A DNA stretch of 64,000 nucleotides from Adineta vaga (lineage: Eukaryota > Animalia > Rotifera). Below the pieces are notes generated by a model that did not search any database, was not told the DNA's origin, and saw only the letters and a list, made by a program, of their open reading frames with translations. The position numbers and the translations under genes are program-made. The stretch covers positions 15,624,001-15,688,000 of the forward strand of contig CP075495.1 of NCBI GenBank assembly GCA_021613535.1. The letters run 5' to 3'. Positions 1 through 13,409 of the stretch are shown here, piece by piece (positions within the stretch are counted from its first letter, which is position 1; each line of letters starts with the position of its first letter).

Positions 1-1696
1 ATTGGTGAAGAAAACTTTGATGGATTAAGTGTACGTTGATCATGAAAATCTAAAGCAATAGCTGCATCTAAACCAAAACTCATATAATTAATAAAATGTG
101 TATTTGGTAATTCATGATATTTTTCATAAGAATTTCGATGAATTTCATTAATAAATTTCGGTGAATGTTTGAATAATGATTGAAATGTTTGAACAATTGA
201 TAATTGATTTTCACGATTTTCTTCATCGGATGAAATTAATTTTGATGCGTCGAATTTTTCTAATTCAACTTTCCAACGATCGAGTACAACGACTTCAGCT
301 TGAGGAATTCGTAGAAGTGTACGAAAGAGTTGTTTAGGATTGTATTCTCCACCCCAATTCAACACACGTGAAAGATCATTACCTGTGCCTAACGGACAAA
401 TACCTACTGGTGGATTTTTTCTTTCGGGATAAGTTTCAGCTAGACGGCTAAGAACCCATCCAACTGTACCATCACCACCGAAAACACAAATACGAAGATT
501 TGGCAATGAAGAATAGATGTCAAGTGCTTGTGTGATAGTATCATTATTTTCAAGAAGAAATACTTGACGTGGATTGAGTTTTCCTAAGAGTTGTCGATAG
601 ATTTTCTCACCGACTTGTCCACCGGAACGTTTATTGATGAAGAAAAGAATGGGCGTATATGGAAAAGAATTATTTTCGGTTAATCGAGCTCGAAAACCAG
701 TTACAGATTCAGTGGAACGACTAAGCCATTGTGGTCGAACAATGATATTACTATCAAACAAAAACAAACTATCGATCACACTTTCTTCGAAAACTCACCG
801 AAATATTCCATAATCACATTGTATTTTATCTCCTCGAGCAACGAAACGTTCCCAACATAATTGATGAAAACCTTGTGAACACCATAAACAAACAATTCCA
901 CTGGATGATTCGGACATTTTTTGAAGGAAATTTCCCGGTCTCGAAGTCATTATTGATGTAAATTGACCAGCAATATCAGCAGCAGACATTGTCGATAATT
1001 GATCAATTCCATTACTGATCAAAGTTGTAGCTGTTGATGTTCGTTGACAAAACGTACACGGTTTTGGAAGTACACGTACATGGTACCAATAATGTTGATC
1101 ATATTCCGATGGATTATCTTTACCATCGACAAATGATAGACGACAAGGTGGAGGAAAATCAGCTGCAGTTGTCTCTGAATCGTTCAAGTGATGCGAATGT
1201 ACAATCAGACCACATGATTCACAATGAAGAAGTGGAGATTTGAAATTCGTACATGAATGATAGGCACATGACTGTCCAGTGGATAAATCATCAGATGCGG
1301 CAGGAAACCAACAATGAGATGTAGGATGAGCATGATTGTTCCAATTAACTCCATATAAAATCGAATTATTCGTATCGATTTCCGATGACGTTGTCGATGA
1401 AATCGGTTGAGAAATACTATAACGAATTAAAATGACACTCTCGTATTTCGCAATACAACAAAGACATACAATAGTTACTTTGTTTGATTTGAAATATTGA
1501 GTGATTGGTCAGTCAGTTTGTATTCAGTCGATGGCGAAAACGAATAGAGTTGTTCATCATCATCATGAGAATCTACAGGAAGTCTTGGGGAAATCGATTG
1601 TTCTCTTTCAATATTTTCCGTTGATTTCGTGTTATCGTTCAAATTCAGTTGAGTTAGATCATGTTCGAGTGGATTCGAAACGGATTCTTGATTCAT
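1..1696 (-). CDS. Diacylglycerol kinase (C1-like Cys/His region plus catalytic domain); 3' end runs off the window
   Basis: The minus strand reads PILFFINKRSGG, ICVFGGDGTVGWVL, PLGTGNDLSRVL and NYMSFGLDAAIAL (DAGK motifs), with Cys/His-rich C1-like segments upstream. GT-AG introns at 751-798 and 1417-1478 splice in frame. ATG at 1696. Confidence 0.9.
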
Positions 1697-2626
1697 TTGC
1701 ACAGATATAAAATTAGATATGAAAAACTTCTGAAATAAATCGATCTAGTTACAACTAAACATAAAAATTTATGAAACAAGAAGAATAAAGTAACATTTCT
1801 GATTTGTATTTAAAACAAAAAATTTGTTCTTATTTTTTTTAATATAATCAACAATACTCACACATACAGCGATAGAATAAGGTGTTTGTTAATAGAGAGC
1901 AATAAACATGTGCACTTTTTACATACATTTTATTGTTGTGTTTTCGTTCTCTTTCAATGTCATCAAGCAAAGGTAAAAAAAAAGTTCTACGTTAGGTTTT
2001 ATATATGAAAAGAAAAATATTGTTTGAATAAATAGTTGAAGATGATAGAGGGAAAGACTCTCTTATTCATATTGTTATACTATAGTGTGACAAATCAGAA
2101 GATATATGCACAAAATTAGCTTGGAGATAAGTTTATGTTCTTTACACGCACATCTTCTCATGAATAATTAATCAACCAATGACTTTACTTAATTTATTCA
2201 TATATAAATCATTTGTATGTAATGTGTGTTATGAATGTCATATGTAGGTCAAATATTATTTCTATAGAAAATATAATCTTTTGTATCGTGTAACGTCAAT
2301 ATTCTCTACAACCTTGAGAAAATGTCTTGTTGTTTTTTATTCTTTGACAACATTTTCATTTCCTGTAAACTAGTTTTTCTAACTTGATAAGTATTATTTT
2401 CTATGTAAAGAACAGAAGATAAAACCTTAATGATTATATATAGATCATTTCCTATTCTTGATAACAATAATCATCTTTTACATCTACTTATTTCAATGTC
2501 AAACTAAACAAATTCTATATAGTAAAAGAACGCATAAATATAATTACAGATAAAGAAATTTTTATAAAATTCTATTTTTATTCATTCATTAGTAGAAAAT
2601 CAAAGTTGTTGATCATTTAATTTTCT

Positions 2627-3747
2627 ATGAAAATGTCTTTAAACAATACAATATTAATTGTTCAATATAATATAAATCGTTACGTTTGTCCAATTTTATT
2701 AATATTTGGTATTATTGGTTGTTTACTTAATATTTTACTTTTTTCACAAAAACAATTTCGAACAATTTCATGTTGTACATGTAAATTATCTATTTTATCT
2801 CAAGATAACAATTGTTTTGTTTATTTTAAAGATTTTCTTGCTGCATCAATTCCAATGTTAATTTTAGTTTTTATTGGATATGGATCATATACCTATGCTG
2901 GATATTATTCAAATCTTCAATATAAAAATATTTTATTTTGTAAATTTCGTGGTTATATTGGACAAGTATTTCAAATGATGTATCGTTGGTTAATGACAAT
3001 GGTTTGTATTGATCGATATATTGTTTCATCAACAAATTTTCATTTAAGAAAATTTACAAATCTACAACGAGTTTTATCAATAATTATTAAAATAATAATT
3101 CTTTGTTTTATTTTACCTTTACATAATTTAATATTTTTAAATCTTCGTAAAGGTTGGTGTTTATATTCAACAGCTTCTTATGCATTTTATCATAGTTTAT
3201 TTACATTTATATTTATTGCTTTTCTTCCAATATTAATTATGTTTACATGTACAATATTTATTCATCAAAATTTAACATTAAAACGAATTCGTCGACAAAC
3301 AAATCGATATTATCAACAAAATTCTTCATTACATCATACTCAAGATAATCAAGTATTATTTATTTTATTTATTCAAATTATCTTTTATATTATTTCAACA
3401 ATTCCATGGATGATTTTATTATTATATGCACCATATACATATAATATTAAAAATAAATCAATAAATCGATTTCTAATTGAAATGTTTATTGGTTATTTAA
3501 CAGAATTAAATGTTTATTTATATCCAACATTATCATTTTATATTTATATCCAACATTATCATTTTATATTTATACATTAACATCAAAAACATTTCGTCAT
3601 GAACTTATTCATATTTTATATTCTTTATTTACAGGAAGAAGAAATCATTCACAAAATCAATTAATATCATTTTCAATGATTAATGAAAATAAACTTAATT
3701 CTCAATCAATCGAAATGGAAAGAATCTTTGATAAACATGTTGTCTAA
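2627..3747 (+). CDS. Class A-like orphan GPCR with its C-terminus frameshifted by a 26-bp tandem duplication
   Basis: Seven hydrophobic segments with CKFRGY and CIDRY. In-frame intron at 2781-2831. Bases 3515-3540 are repeated at 3541-3566; removing one copy restores FYIYTLTSKTFRHEL and a stop at 3745-3747. Confidence 0.85.
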
Positions 3748-4164
3748 GATAGATTCGTTGATAAGAGAATCTTTTCATCTTTACTTTTAAATTAATCAAT
3801 ACCTTTGTTCAATTCAACTTCGTATTATCTTGATTATCATTTTTGAATGTTGAAAGTTTTCAACTTATTAATTATAACATGTTTATTACTAACCTTATGT
3901 TGTTGTTCGTCCGATGATGATCGATTCTATTTATAACAAAAATTTAATAAACTTTAACATCAACCACATTCTAATCTAAACTTTTCGATTAATTTCGAAA
4001 GATCTGAAAGCATTTCGAATAAAGACAAATTTTCAAAAGTTTTCAAAGATTTGTAAACTTTTCTTTGACATTTTAAAAGTATTTGTGATCTATCAAAAAG
4101 ATTATTAAACGCTCAAAAATCAATTTTGATCAATCTTCAAGAAATGTTTTTTTCTTTTTCTGAT

Positions 4165-4409
4165 ACTTCGAATATATTAAAATTATTTCTTTTATCTCTC
4201 TACTTTTAGATTAATATCGTCAACGAATTAATCAACTTAGATGATACATCTCGTTTTAATGTATTCATATCTATCATTTGATCAAGTATATTGCGTTATT
4301 TAAATCCTAAGAAAGGAACAGTACTGAGGAGAAATTCTTTTTAGGATTTAAATATAGCTCAATTTACTCGTTCATAGGAGAGATGACACCAGAGACTATT
4401 CCCTCGTTA
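4165..4409. repeat. Direct repeat, copy 1 (partner at 10268-10470)
   Basis: acttcgaatatatt... and gatgatac...ccagagac...ccctcgtta align with few mismatches. Copy 1 carries about 40 extra bp near 4194-4237. Confidence 0.9.
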
Positions 4410-4696
4410 TAGTGGTATTGTCCAGAAATTGAAACAGCACAAGCACTCGAAGAACCCATGGTTGAAGCTGATTTTACCTTATCACGTACTATTCTTGAAT
4501 GTCAAGTAGTAAAAAAATCGAAGCTAGTGTATCATCAGCACATTCATTTTGTCAGGTACAAATTAAAGATCTTGAACATAGTTATTCATCAGAGCGTGAT
4601 ACATATATACCAATGCATAATCTTAGTTCAGTTTACTATGTTTCAAATCATCAACGGCAACTTGCTGCTCATATTCGAACAAAATATATGTCGTAA
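4410..4696 (+). pseudogene. Frameshifted 3' fragment of an unknown gene, cut off at the repeat boundary
   Basis: CPEIETAQALEEPMVEADFTLSRTILECQVVKK then continues in another frame as IEASVSSAHSFCQ...RTKYMS*. No 5' part is visible. Confidence 0.35.
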
Positions 4697-4813
4697 AATT
4701 ATATTCAATTTGTTTTATTTAAACAAAAGAAACAAAGATAGAACAAAGTTAAATTTACTTTATATAATTACAAAATATACGAAAAAAACTGAAAATATTC
4801 TATTTCTATAATT

Positions 4814-7800
4814 CTATCTATCGAGATTTATCTTTTCCTGATTCAATTGGCAATTAGTAAAAGAATTACAAGGATAAAATAAATGAATTTTTTCTCTTTG
4901 ATCTTTAAAAGTCTCAATTAACTTGTTACGCTTTGATTTTGAAATGGATAGTTCCAATTGTCCTTTTCCACCGTACACTACAATGGTATCTTTTTTGTCT
5001 ATAACAGCAGTTTCTCTTACTAATGTCAACTTTGTTATTGCATAATACCAACAATCATTGTCCTCAGTTATAAACTGTTGAATTAATTGCTCCTCAGACA
5101 CGTTTTTTAAACAAATCGATGCGAATTTTGATTCACAAAGTTCTAAGATCTTACTCGAACCTAATTCTGAAAAAATTTCAACTGAATTCAAATTTTTTCC
5201 AATTAATTCTGCAACATCACGTGAAACCTGACGATCGTCTCCATTAAGCGGAAGAATCAGTTTACTGATCGCTACACTAGTTAGCTTTTCTTTCAATCGC
5301 TGAATGAGAAGACTCATATTGGTTCTCACCTGAACCTGTTTATCAACCAATGCATTCACTATCCTTTCGATGCCTTCGGTGATCAGAATTTTTTCGTTTA
5401 CAGAAAAAAGAGCCATACATGCCCTCTCTCTGATTTTCGAATTTTCATCATCGAGTGCTTTTATAAGCTTATTGATTACTTCAGTTGTCGCGGCTTTTTC
5501 TCGCATACATCCAACCAGAAAATATGCTGAATCTCGAACATGTATATTTTCATGGTCTAATATATCGATCAATTTAGGAATCATCTCAGATCTGGTTGCT
5601 TGTTCACAGATACTCTGTATAGCAGAGCATGCACAATTTCTGACATTTGCATCTTCATCTCCTAATACAAAGATGAGATCGTCAATTATCCAAGATAACG
5701 ACACTAATTTACTCCATAGCCAGAGTACCACATGCTCTTGCTCTAACATACACATCTTGATCTTCTAATAATTTGACAACCTTTTCAATCACTTCTGTAG
5801 TCGCCGCTTTTTCGCGCATATTTTCAAGAGCTTGACACATAGAGTCTCTCACTCGTGGATTCTTATGTTTCAATAACTTCACTATTTTGCTGATCACTTC
5901 AGTGGTTGGTGTTTTTGCACTTATTTTGATGATAGCTTGACATGTATCTCTTCTGATATCTTCATTTTTATCTTTTAATAGATTTATCAACGCATCCATT
6001 ATCTCAGTCGTTGCTTCTATTTTTCCTGCCGTACAAAGGGTATTAAATGCAACGCGCCTAACAACAAAACTATTGTCGTTGAATTTCTGCTTTAGTTTCA
6101 TAAGCACTTCGGGTATTTCTTGTGTTGCAAGCATTCTTCCTGCTGCTTCACATGCACTAACTCTAACGCGTTCTTTCTCATCATCTAATGCATTCAACAA
6201 TATGTCATTTATTTCCATTATCTGTACTTTTTCTCTCATTTGTACAAAAATGTTACATGCACTGGCTCTAACGTATTCATTATCAGCTTTAGTTGCATTT
6301 TTTAGTAAATTTATTGTTTCAATTGTCGCTGCTTTTGCACCAATGTTCCCGAGAGCAAAATAAGCATTATCTTTCAAAATAATATCTGTTTCTCTTAACG
6401 CAACTAATAACATACTAATAGCTTCAGTTGACAGTGTTTCTTTACTCACTTGTCTGAGAGCAGAACATGCAAATACTCTGACAGGGAATCTACTGTCTCT
6501 CAATGCTTTCTCTATTAATTTATTAATTACATAGGGCATGTCTGCTTTTTCACCAATATGACCAAGAAGGATACAAACATTTTGTATAACATCTTCTCGG
6601 CTATCTTCTAATAAATTCACTAATTTACGAATAATTTCATTTGTCGCTAGCTTATCATTTAACTTCATTAAAGCATCATATGCATTACTCCTAACACATT
6701 CGTTATCTGCATGAAGTGCATTTACTAATATGTTAACTATTTCAATTGTAATTACTTTTTCGGGTATTTTGATAAGAATAAATAATGCATTTGAACGAAT
6801 ACTATGATTCTTATTTTCTAATACTTTTATTAATTTACTAATAAACTCTGTCGTCGCTACTTTTCAGCTACTTGTCCAAAGAATAACACGCACTACGTCT
6901 AACATTTTCCTTTTCATCTTCTAGTAAACTTATTAATCTCTTTACTACCTCAAGTGTTGCTGCTTTTTCACCAATTGTTCCTATAGTATCACATGCATAC
7001 ATCTTAACTTGATCATTGGTATCATTTAATAAAATACTTATCGAACTAATGAGACGATCCGGTACATTTGAAATATTTAATGAACATATAAATATCAACA
7101 CTTCCATTTTGACATCTACCTCATTGCTATGTAACAGAGCAGTCAGTGTATTGATTATTATTTCTTCACATATTACAAATGGTGCTTTACGCAATGCTTG
7201 TGATAAGTGTTCTAGAACAATTTTGTTTTTTCTTAGTAAATTATAATGCATATATACAGATATTGGTAGAAGCAAATCATGTCGCCGAATAAAATTGTAA
7301 TCCAAAGATATTTCTCCAAGGCAAATTATAATAAGTTCTATGTGTCTTAAACCAACTAAATCCAATGGTTCGTTTAGAATATGATTCCAAAAGATGTTTA
7401 AGGATGTCGTTTCATCATTTTCAATAAGTAAACCAGCCATAAAAGTAAATAGCAATGCATATCGTCGGTTGTACTTCTGATTTTGAATAAATTCGATAGC
7501 TTTTTCTGTAGATGATCCTTTGAGAATATTAGTTAAATATCGTGCTGCAAAATATTCTTGAAAACTAAGATGAACAAAATAATATTCTTTATTCATTTCA
7601 ATTTGAGTACCAACTCCTTGTTTGGTAAAACATTTAAGAATACCAATATTGAGGATATGTGGATGATCTTGTGAATTGATATTAATATCTTTTAAAGTTT
7701 TTTTAAGTAGAATAGGTTTTATAATAATAATATTGTTTTCCATTGCAGTAAAAGCAAGTTTTTCTAAAAATGTTAATTCTTTTATACAACGTTGATAAAG

Positions 7801-9515
7801 TTCATCTTCGGATAATTGTGAAATCTTATCATTTGATGTTTTCAAATAACGACGACATAACCATTCTGTTATCATATTATACAATGTTGTTATTGATAAT
7901 TGTTCTGTTTCTGACCAATCTTGATTACTACAAAGACTACAAATTAATTCTAAATTTACTGGAATATGAGCAACACCCCAGATACTTAGATTTGATTTTA
8001 AATATTTCATTAATGTTTGATTTTTAACAATTGCATCATCTAGTTCATCTTTCATTTGATCAAAAAATTGTTGTATATATTGACCAATATTTTCATCTGT
8101 AAAACCAGTAATTTCCATTTGTACACCATATGATAATGTATTTAAATATGGACGTGATGTAACAATATGATGCGGAGTTTTAAGTAACTTCTCCAATAAC
8201 TCTTCTAAATGTGCTGGTACATTTTGTATGATTTCATCATACCCATCTAAGATCCAAAGGGTCTTTTTAACGTCGAACTGTTTTTCCAACAGTACATTTT
8301 CCCTTTCAGAAAGTTCATATGAGAACACTTCTTTCTTCAACAGATCAAGGAGGGAGTAATTGTGACCAGATGTTAATGGAGGATAACGATTAGCGGTCAA
8401 ACGACGTAATGGAATCAGAGCAAGTAAGTCATATTGCGACCAAAATGTACCTTTCGCCCATTGATAAGTGATATAACGACAGAATGTTGATTTTCCAATA
8501 CCAGCTCGACCAAATACAAGAATTTGTTTTGTTTCTTTCTCGCAAGATTGAAAAATATTTTGAATATCTATTGGAGTCTTCGCACCATAGATTTCTTCAT
8601 AAGAACTCAATATACTATCACTGTATGCAGCATTACGCAATTCATATTCTCTTTTGTAATGTTCTTGAGATGTAACTACTGACAAATTTATATAACTTTG
8701 TTCGATTGGAAATGATTTCGCTGGATTTATTAAACGTTCAATACGACTATTACACAGATAATTTTGTTTGATTGTTTCAAACAAATATTTTGATTTTAAT
8801 TCTATGGCACTATAAAAACGATTTAACAAAATTCAATTATGTTCATGTAGACTTACTTTTGTGAACTGATTTCTTCTAAGTGAAGAATGATATGATCTGA
8901 CAGAGGGAGTGATTCATTTTTACGGCGTACACGAGATCCAGGCATAAGAATAACTTCTTGTTCATCGGCATTCATGGAAAAGGATGAAATATCTTTACCA
9001 TTGATAACATCAATAGCAAATATAGTACCTTTATCACCTAAAAATGGTTTAATGATATTAAGTGCCTTAGAGCATGAATTGACACTCCACCAATATTGGA
9101 TATCATTTTCAACGAATGTTAAACTATCATCGTGACTAACTCCTCGCCAGACAGTTGCCCTCATTGATGGTAATTTTTCAAGAGCTCTTATAAAGAGTTT
9201 TAAAAATGCGAGCCATGGTTTTAATGTATTATGATCTTGAGCACGAAGAACTTTGTTGAAATGATCATAAACTGGTGATGGCATAGAATAAAGATATATT
9301 GCTGCAGATTCATCGAGTGTTAGTATATTTGAACTACGATTGCATTTATCTTTTGCTAATTTGACATAATTCATAACACGAGAGATGAGAGGAGTGACAT
9401 TCTCTAATGCTTCTTCTATCGACAGAACTGGTGAATCATCAAAAAATTGGAATATTGGATTTTGATTGATTTTTTCGAATTCCGAAGAAGTATTGTTTAC
9501 ATAACGATTATTCAT
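4814..9515 (-). CDS. ART-NACHT-HEAT NLR-like protein (about 1550 aa if repaired); frameshifts near 6860-6880 and 5715 (pseudogene or consensus error)
   Basis: ART motifs VWRGV, SVNSCS, DEQEVILMPG. A phase-2 intron at 8810-8856 (GTAAGT...TATAG) fuses the ART in frame to the NACHT (GRAGIGKST, WILDGYDE, VTSRP, FVHLSFQEYFAA). Roughly 17 HEAT repeats of about 39 aa follow, running across ORFs 6868-8829, 5709-6668 and 4814-5755. Confidence 0.85.
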
Positions 9516-10209
9516 TGGAAATCGTTTTGTTTTTATGATAATTTACATGAGATATTTTTGTACAAACTGAGAAATATGCAATTGTCAGTATTAAGATTAG
9601 CCATAGAGTATTCCTTAGTTGTAAAACAAGATGTTTATATGAAAATAGAAAAAAATATACAAGATTTTTTGAGTATTGATTGTCAATACTAATGACATAC
9701 AATCACATGATAATTAATTGATTTTAGTCTACTAATCATACACAGCTCTCATCGAAAGATGGCGCTTATTGTTGATAAATCCATTATAAAGTTTTTCGTT
9801 AATCAAATTTGATTCTGATGATAGTGATACGTGTCACATAGAATGAGATATAGTCGATTAATTTCGTGTTCAATCGTATTCCAATTGTTAAGTATCGCTG
9901 ATGTTGTATTTTGTATGATCTTTTTTTTGAACATGATTTTTATTCAACAAGTTTTAAATCTTTGTATAAATCATCAAATAAGAATGATATAAATTTTATT
10001 GCATTATTTGGTGCATTCTTACTGACATCAGTATCATATAACAAGAAACAATTACTGTCAACTACGAAGCAGATACAAATAATTTTCTCGTTAATCTTAT
10101 AATAGTCGAATTCCATAGATGTCATAATACCAATACGCCGGGTATCGATAGCCAGCAGTCACGATTCCCGAAACAACGTGTATCCTGAAAGTTGAGTAAT
10201 ATGAGTGGA

Positions 10210-10260
10210 TTGAGTGTGGGTGTAGGTAAAGTAAAGAAACACCCACACCCACACCCTCAG
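10210..10260. repeat. Telomere-repeat-like hairpin (TGTGGG arm ... CCCACA/CCCTCA arm)
   Basis: ttgagtgtgggtgtaggtaaagtaaagaaacacccacacccacaccctcag. Confidence 0.75.
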
Positions 10261-10267
10261 TAGAATC

Positions 10268-10470
10268 ACTTCGAATATATTGAAATTATTTCTTTACCTG
10301 TAGATGATACGTCTCGTTTTAATCTATTCATATCTATCGTTTAATCAAGTATATTGCATTATTTAAATCCTTAGAAAGGAACAGTATTGAGGAGAAATTC
10401 TTTTAAGGATTTAAATAGCTCAATTTACTCGTTCATAGGAGAGATGACACCAGAGACAGTTCCCTCGTTA
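10268..10470. repeat. Direct repeat, copy 2 (partner at 4165-4409); probably a decayed duplicated exon-intron-exon fragment
   Basis: Aligns with copy 1. On the minus strand it contains a GTAAAT...TAAG intron-like segment of about 60 bp and a CAG|GTAAAG donor, flanked by exon-like sequence with several stops. Confidence 0.85.
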
Positions 10471-10738
10471 GTAACATATTTTTCATGCTTGATAAAGAGT
10501 CAGTCATTTTCCACTGTTTAATTATTTTAAAAACACTCAATTATGTACATGGCTTTCAAACAAGATTAAAGAGATCTCCTAGTTTTTCTTTGAAATAATA
10601 ATGTTGGAATGACTAAATGCATGCATATAATTATCTTTAGAATTAATTGATACTGATCTATGAACTGTAAAGAAAAAGAATTCATTTCATAGATATACAA
10701 CCAAGTTTGTGAAACAGTATTTATTTATTTAACAAACA

Positions 10739-11812
10739 ATGTCAAACATTACCATCGTTGAATGTCAACGATCAATTTTTCGAACAATTATATTTAATTT
10801 CTATGCTATTATTCTTATTCCATCATTATTATGTTCATTATTTATTTTTTACAATTGTATTCAAATACCTCAACTACGTAATCATCCTCCAAATCGTGTT
10901 GTACTCATTCTACTCGTTTTTTTATTTATTCAAGTATGTTTTGAAAATATTTTCAAATTGACATCATCTTTATTTAGCCTGATTAAATCTATGAAGCATT
11001 TTGAATTAGTAAATTGTTTTGTTTTCTCTCTGTAGGCTTTATTCGACATACCATTTCGCATGATCTCTCTTTATCAAGGTAAAGTACCGATTCAAAACGA
11101 AGCTTTCTGTCGATTTTGGTATCTTTCCAATGTAATAATCAATATAATAGGCTTACATCTAATGGCTTTGTGTTCGATTGAACGATATATTCTTGTGTTT
11201 CATCATAGATTTTTTATTCGGTATCGTTTCTATGTCTCTACTGTCCCGATCCTTATCTGCATCATCTATCCAACTGTATGGTATATCACAATCGAAAATA
11301 CTTCCTGGTGGTGCACTTATAAGCCTGATTATTCAGCAGATGGATGTGGTACACCTTGTTTTCTAACCAATTCGATTTTTCATTTGGGTTTTGTAATATT
11401 GACGCATCATCTTTTACCCGTGTTCATTACGGTCTTCTTCAATCTCGCTTTAATGGTTGTTATATTTCATAAAAAAGCAAAAATGAAACGCAATAATTCT
11501 TGGCGTAAAAACTTTCGTATGACAAGTCAACTACTCTCAATAGCTTTTTTCTATCTTATTGTATGGTTGCCACATTGTATCTTCGCTTCATTTCCGTTAT
11601 TTACAAAAGGTAGTCTATCGATCACAGGAAGATTGTTTACCGTGGAATATTTTGCAAATCTCACACCAATTTTTACATGTCTATGTCCATTCATATCATT
11701 AATTGCTCTTTCTCATTTACATGACAAAATCAAACGAGGAATCGAAATCTATTTAACATGTTGGAAGAAACATACGGCCTTAATATTTCCTGAAACAAAT
11801 CATGTAAAATAA
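10739..11812 (+). CDS. Class A-like orphan GPCR, 2 exons
   Basis: Intron 10934-11035 joins LFIQ|ALFDIPF in frame. FCRFW, CSIERY and VWLP motifs; seven hydrophobic segments. Confidence 0.85.
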
Positions 11813-12565
11813 TGAACAAACTTATTCATATCGTCAAGTATATCGACAAAAACATCTTCTTTTTTCTTTGATCTTCAGACTTTATTCTTATCTATCTGTA
11901 TAAGCGTTTTGTCTCATTGTTTCATTCTTAAGAATTCGAATGATCATATTGTTTGTAATTACTTGTAAGTCTGACAATTCAATTATACATAAATAAAGAC
12001 AACAAAAACAGACATAAGAACGAAAATGATTGTGTAGAAAATCTTGAGGATGTAGATTTGATGAAACCAGATCAAAATGGATATTTTGAATTCTGTTTAG
12101 ATGATTTAAAATCTAGTGTCAAGAAATGATTGTTAGTTATATTATGATATGAACTGTCGAGAAAAGTTATTTCTTGTTCGAAAGAAATAAAATGCTCTTT
12201 AATAAATAAATAACAATGTCGGTAATACAACTAAAGATACCTGTTTAGATTGACGATGAAATATTTGAAGATTAATCATTAAAATATATTGACTTTCTTT
12301 AGATCTAAATAACAGATTTTATTTATTTATTTATTCTTTTTATTCGAATATTGTTAACGTCAATGATTATTACTTTCTAACACTATCTATTGTACACATC
12401 TTTTCTTTTCCTTCATTCCCTCTCAAATGTGTCTCTCTATACTCCTTGTTTACAAGAGACTACGATACGCTTGATTTATCATAGGGATATTTCTCGAAAA
12501 ACATATTGAAGGTTCGAATATTCTTTATTAAAATAAATAAAAATGAATTATTTTGTTATTATTTA

Positions 12566-13280
12566 TTATTTGAAATCATGTTTTTTCTTTGAATTTTTAA
12601 ATGTTTCAATTTCTTCATATGTAACTAAATTAGTAAGTCCAAATTTATTTAAATAATCCAAAAGAGTATGATGTGCAGCACCAGCTCGACTTGAATATCC
12701 CGAAGATTCACTAGTCGAATTACGACAAAATATTCTTCCATCCCATAACCAACTTAATTCAGTTAATTCACCTTTAACTTGAACTGTACAAGTATCATTA
12801 TTATGTAATGTTATTTGATTAAAATCATTCCATTTGCTTAATTTTTGGTATTGATTAGCAACGATATCAAGAATGCCCATCCATTTAGCGTCTCCAGTCT
12901 TTAATTCGTCCGATAATTCATGTGCTAATGAAGCTATATTAAATGAACCTTAATGAAAAAGAATATAGAAATATTATTTGATAAGTTGAAGACATTTTTC
13001 TAAACAAATTCTTACTTAAATTTTTAGATTTATCAATGAGAATCGATGCAATTGGTGCGATTGTTGATAAAGATTGAGATGATTGTTTTTTCGTACTTAT
13101 TTTTATTGCTATAATAGTTAATAAACCAATTAATAAAATAAAAAATATTGAAATAATGATAATTATAATTATATTAGTTCGACGTGAATATCGTCCAAAA
13201 TATACACGATCATCTCTATGATTTATCGAATTCTGTGAATATTGTGTTAAAGGTTCATCTAAATTAACGTCGTCTGTCAT
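12566..13280 (-). CDS. Type II membrane protein with a C-terminal anti-lipopolysaccharide factor (ALF)-like domain, about 215 aa
   Basis: Exon 1 has RYSRR followed by a poly-Ile TM and a Ser/Thr stalk. Phase-1 intron at about 12949-13015. Exon 2 has W...ITL..C-x20-C (CTVQVKGELTELSWLWDGRIFC) then SSRAGAAHHTLLDYLNK...NLVTYEEI, matching the ALF C-terminal pattern SRSG..EH..RDFV..A...GLIT..EA. Confidence 0.75.
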
Positions 13281-13409
13281 TTATCTTAATACGTATTCTT
13301 TTTTGTATGTTGGAAATTTCCGTTTGTATTAATATATGTAAATAAAGGTAATATGATTTATTTTTCTCATACGTAATTAACTTACCTAATAGAAAGACAA
13401 AATTTCGAA

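Noticed and set aside
4300-4352. Possible hammerhead ribozyme (CTGAGGA-GAAA inside an atttaaatcct inverted repeat)
   Set aside because: There is no stem II between the core boxes, and the second copy reads TTGAGGA. The CTGATGA at about 9815 also lacks a proper GAAA box.
5370-8675. Plus-strand ORFs antisense to the NACHT-HEAT gene, and similar shadow ORFs elsewhere
   Set aside because: They are antisense or alternate-frame shadows of real genes with no independent motifs.
4165-10470. LTR retrotransposon interpretation of the flanking direct repeats
   Set aside because: No TG...CA termini, PBS/PPT, TSD, or gag/pol sequence.
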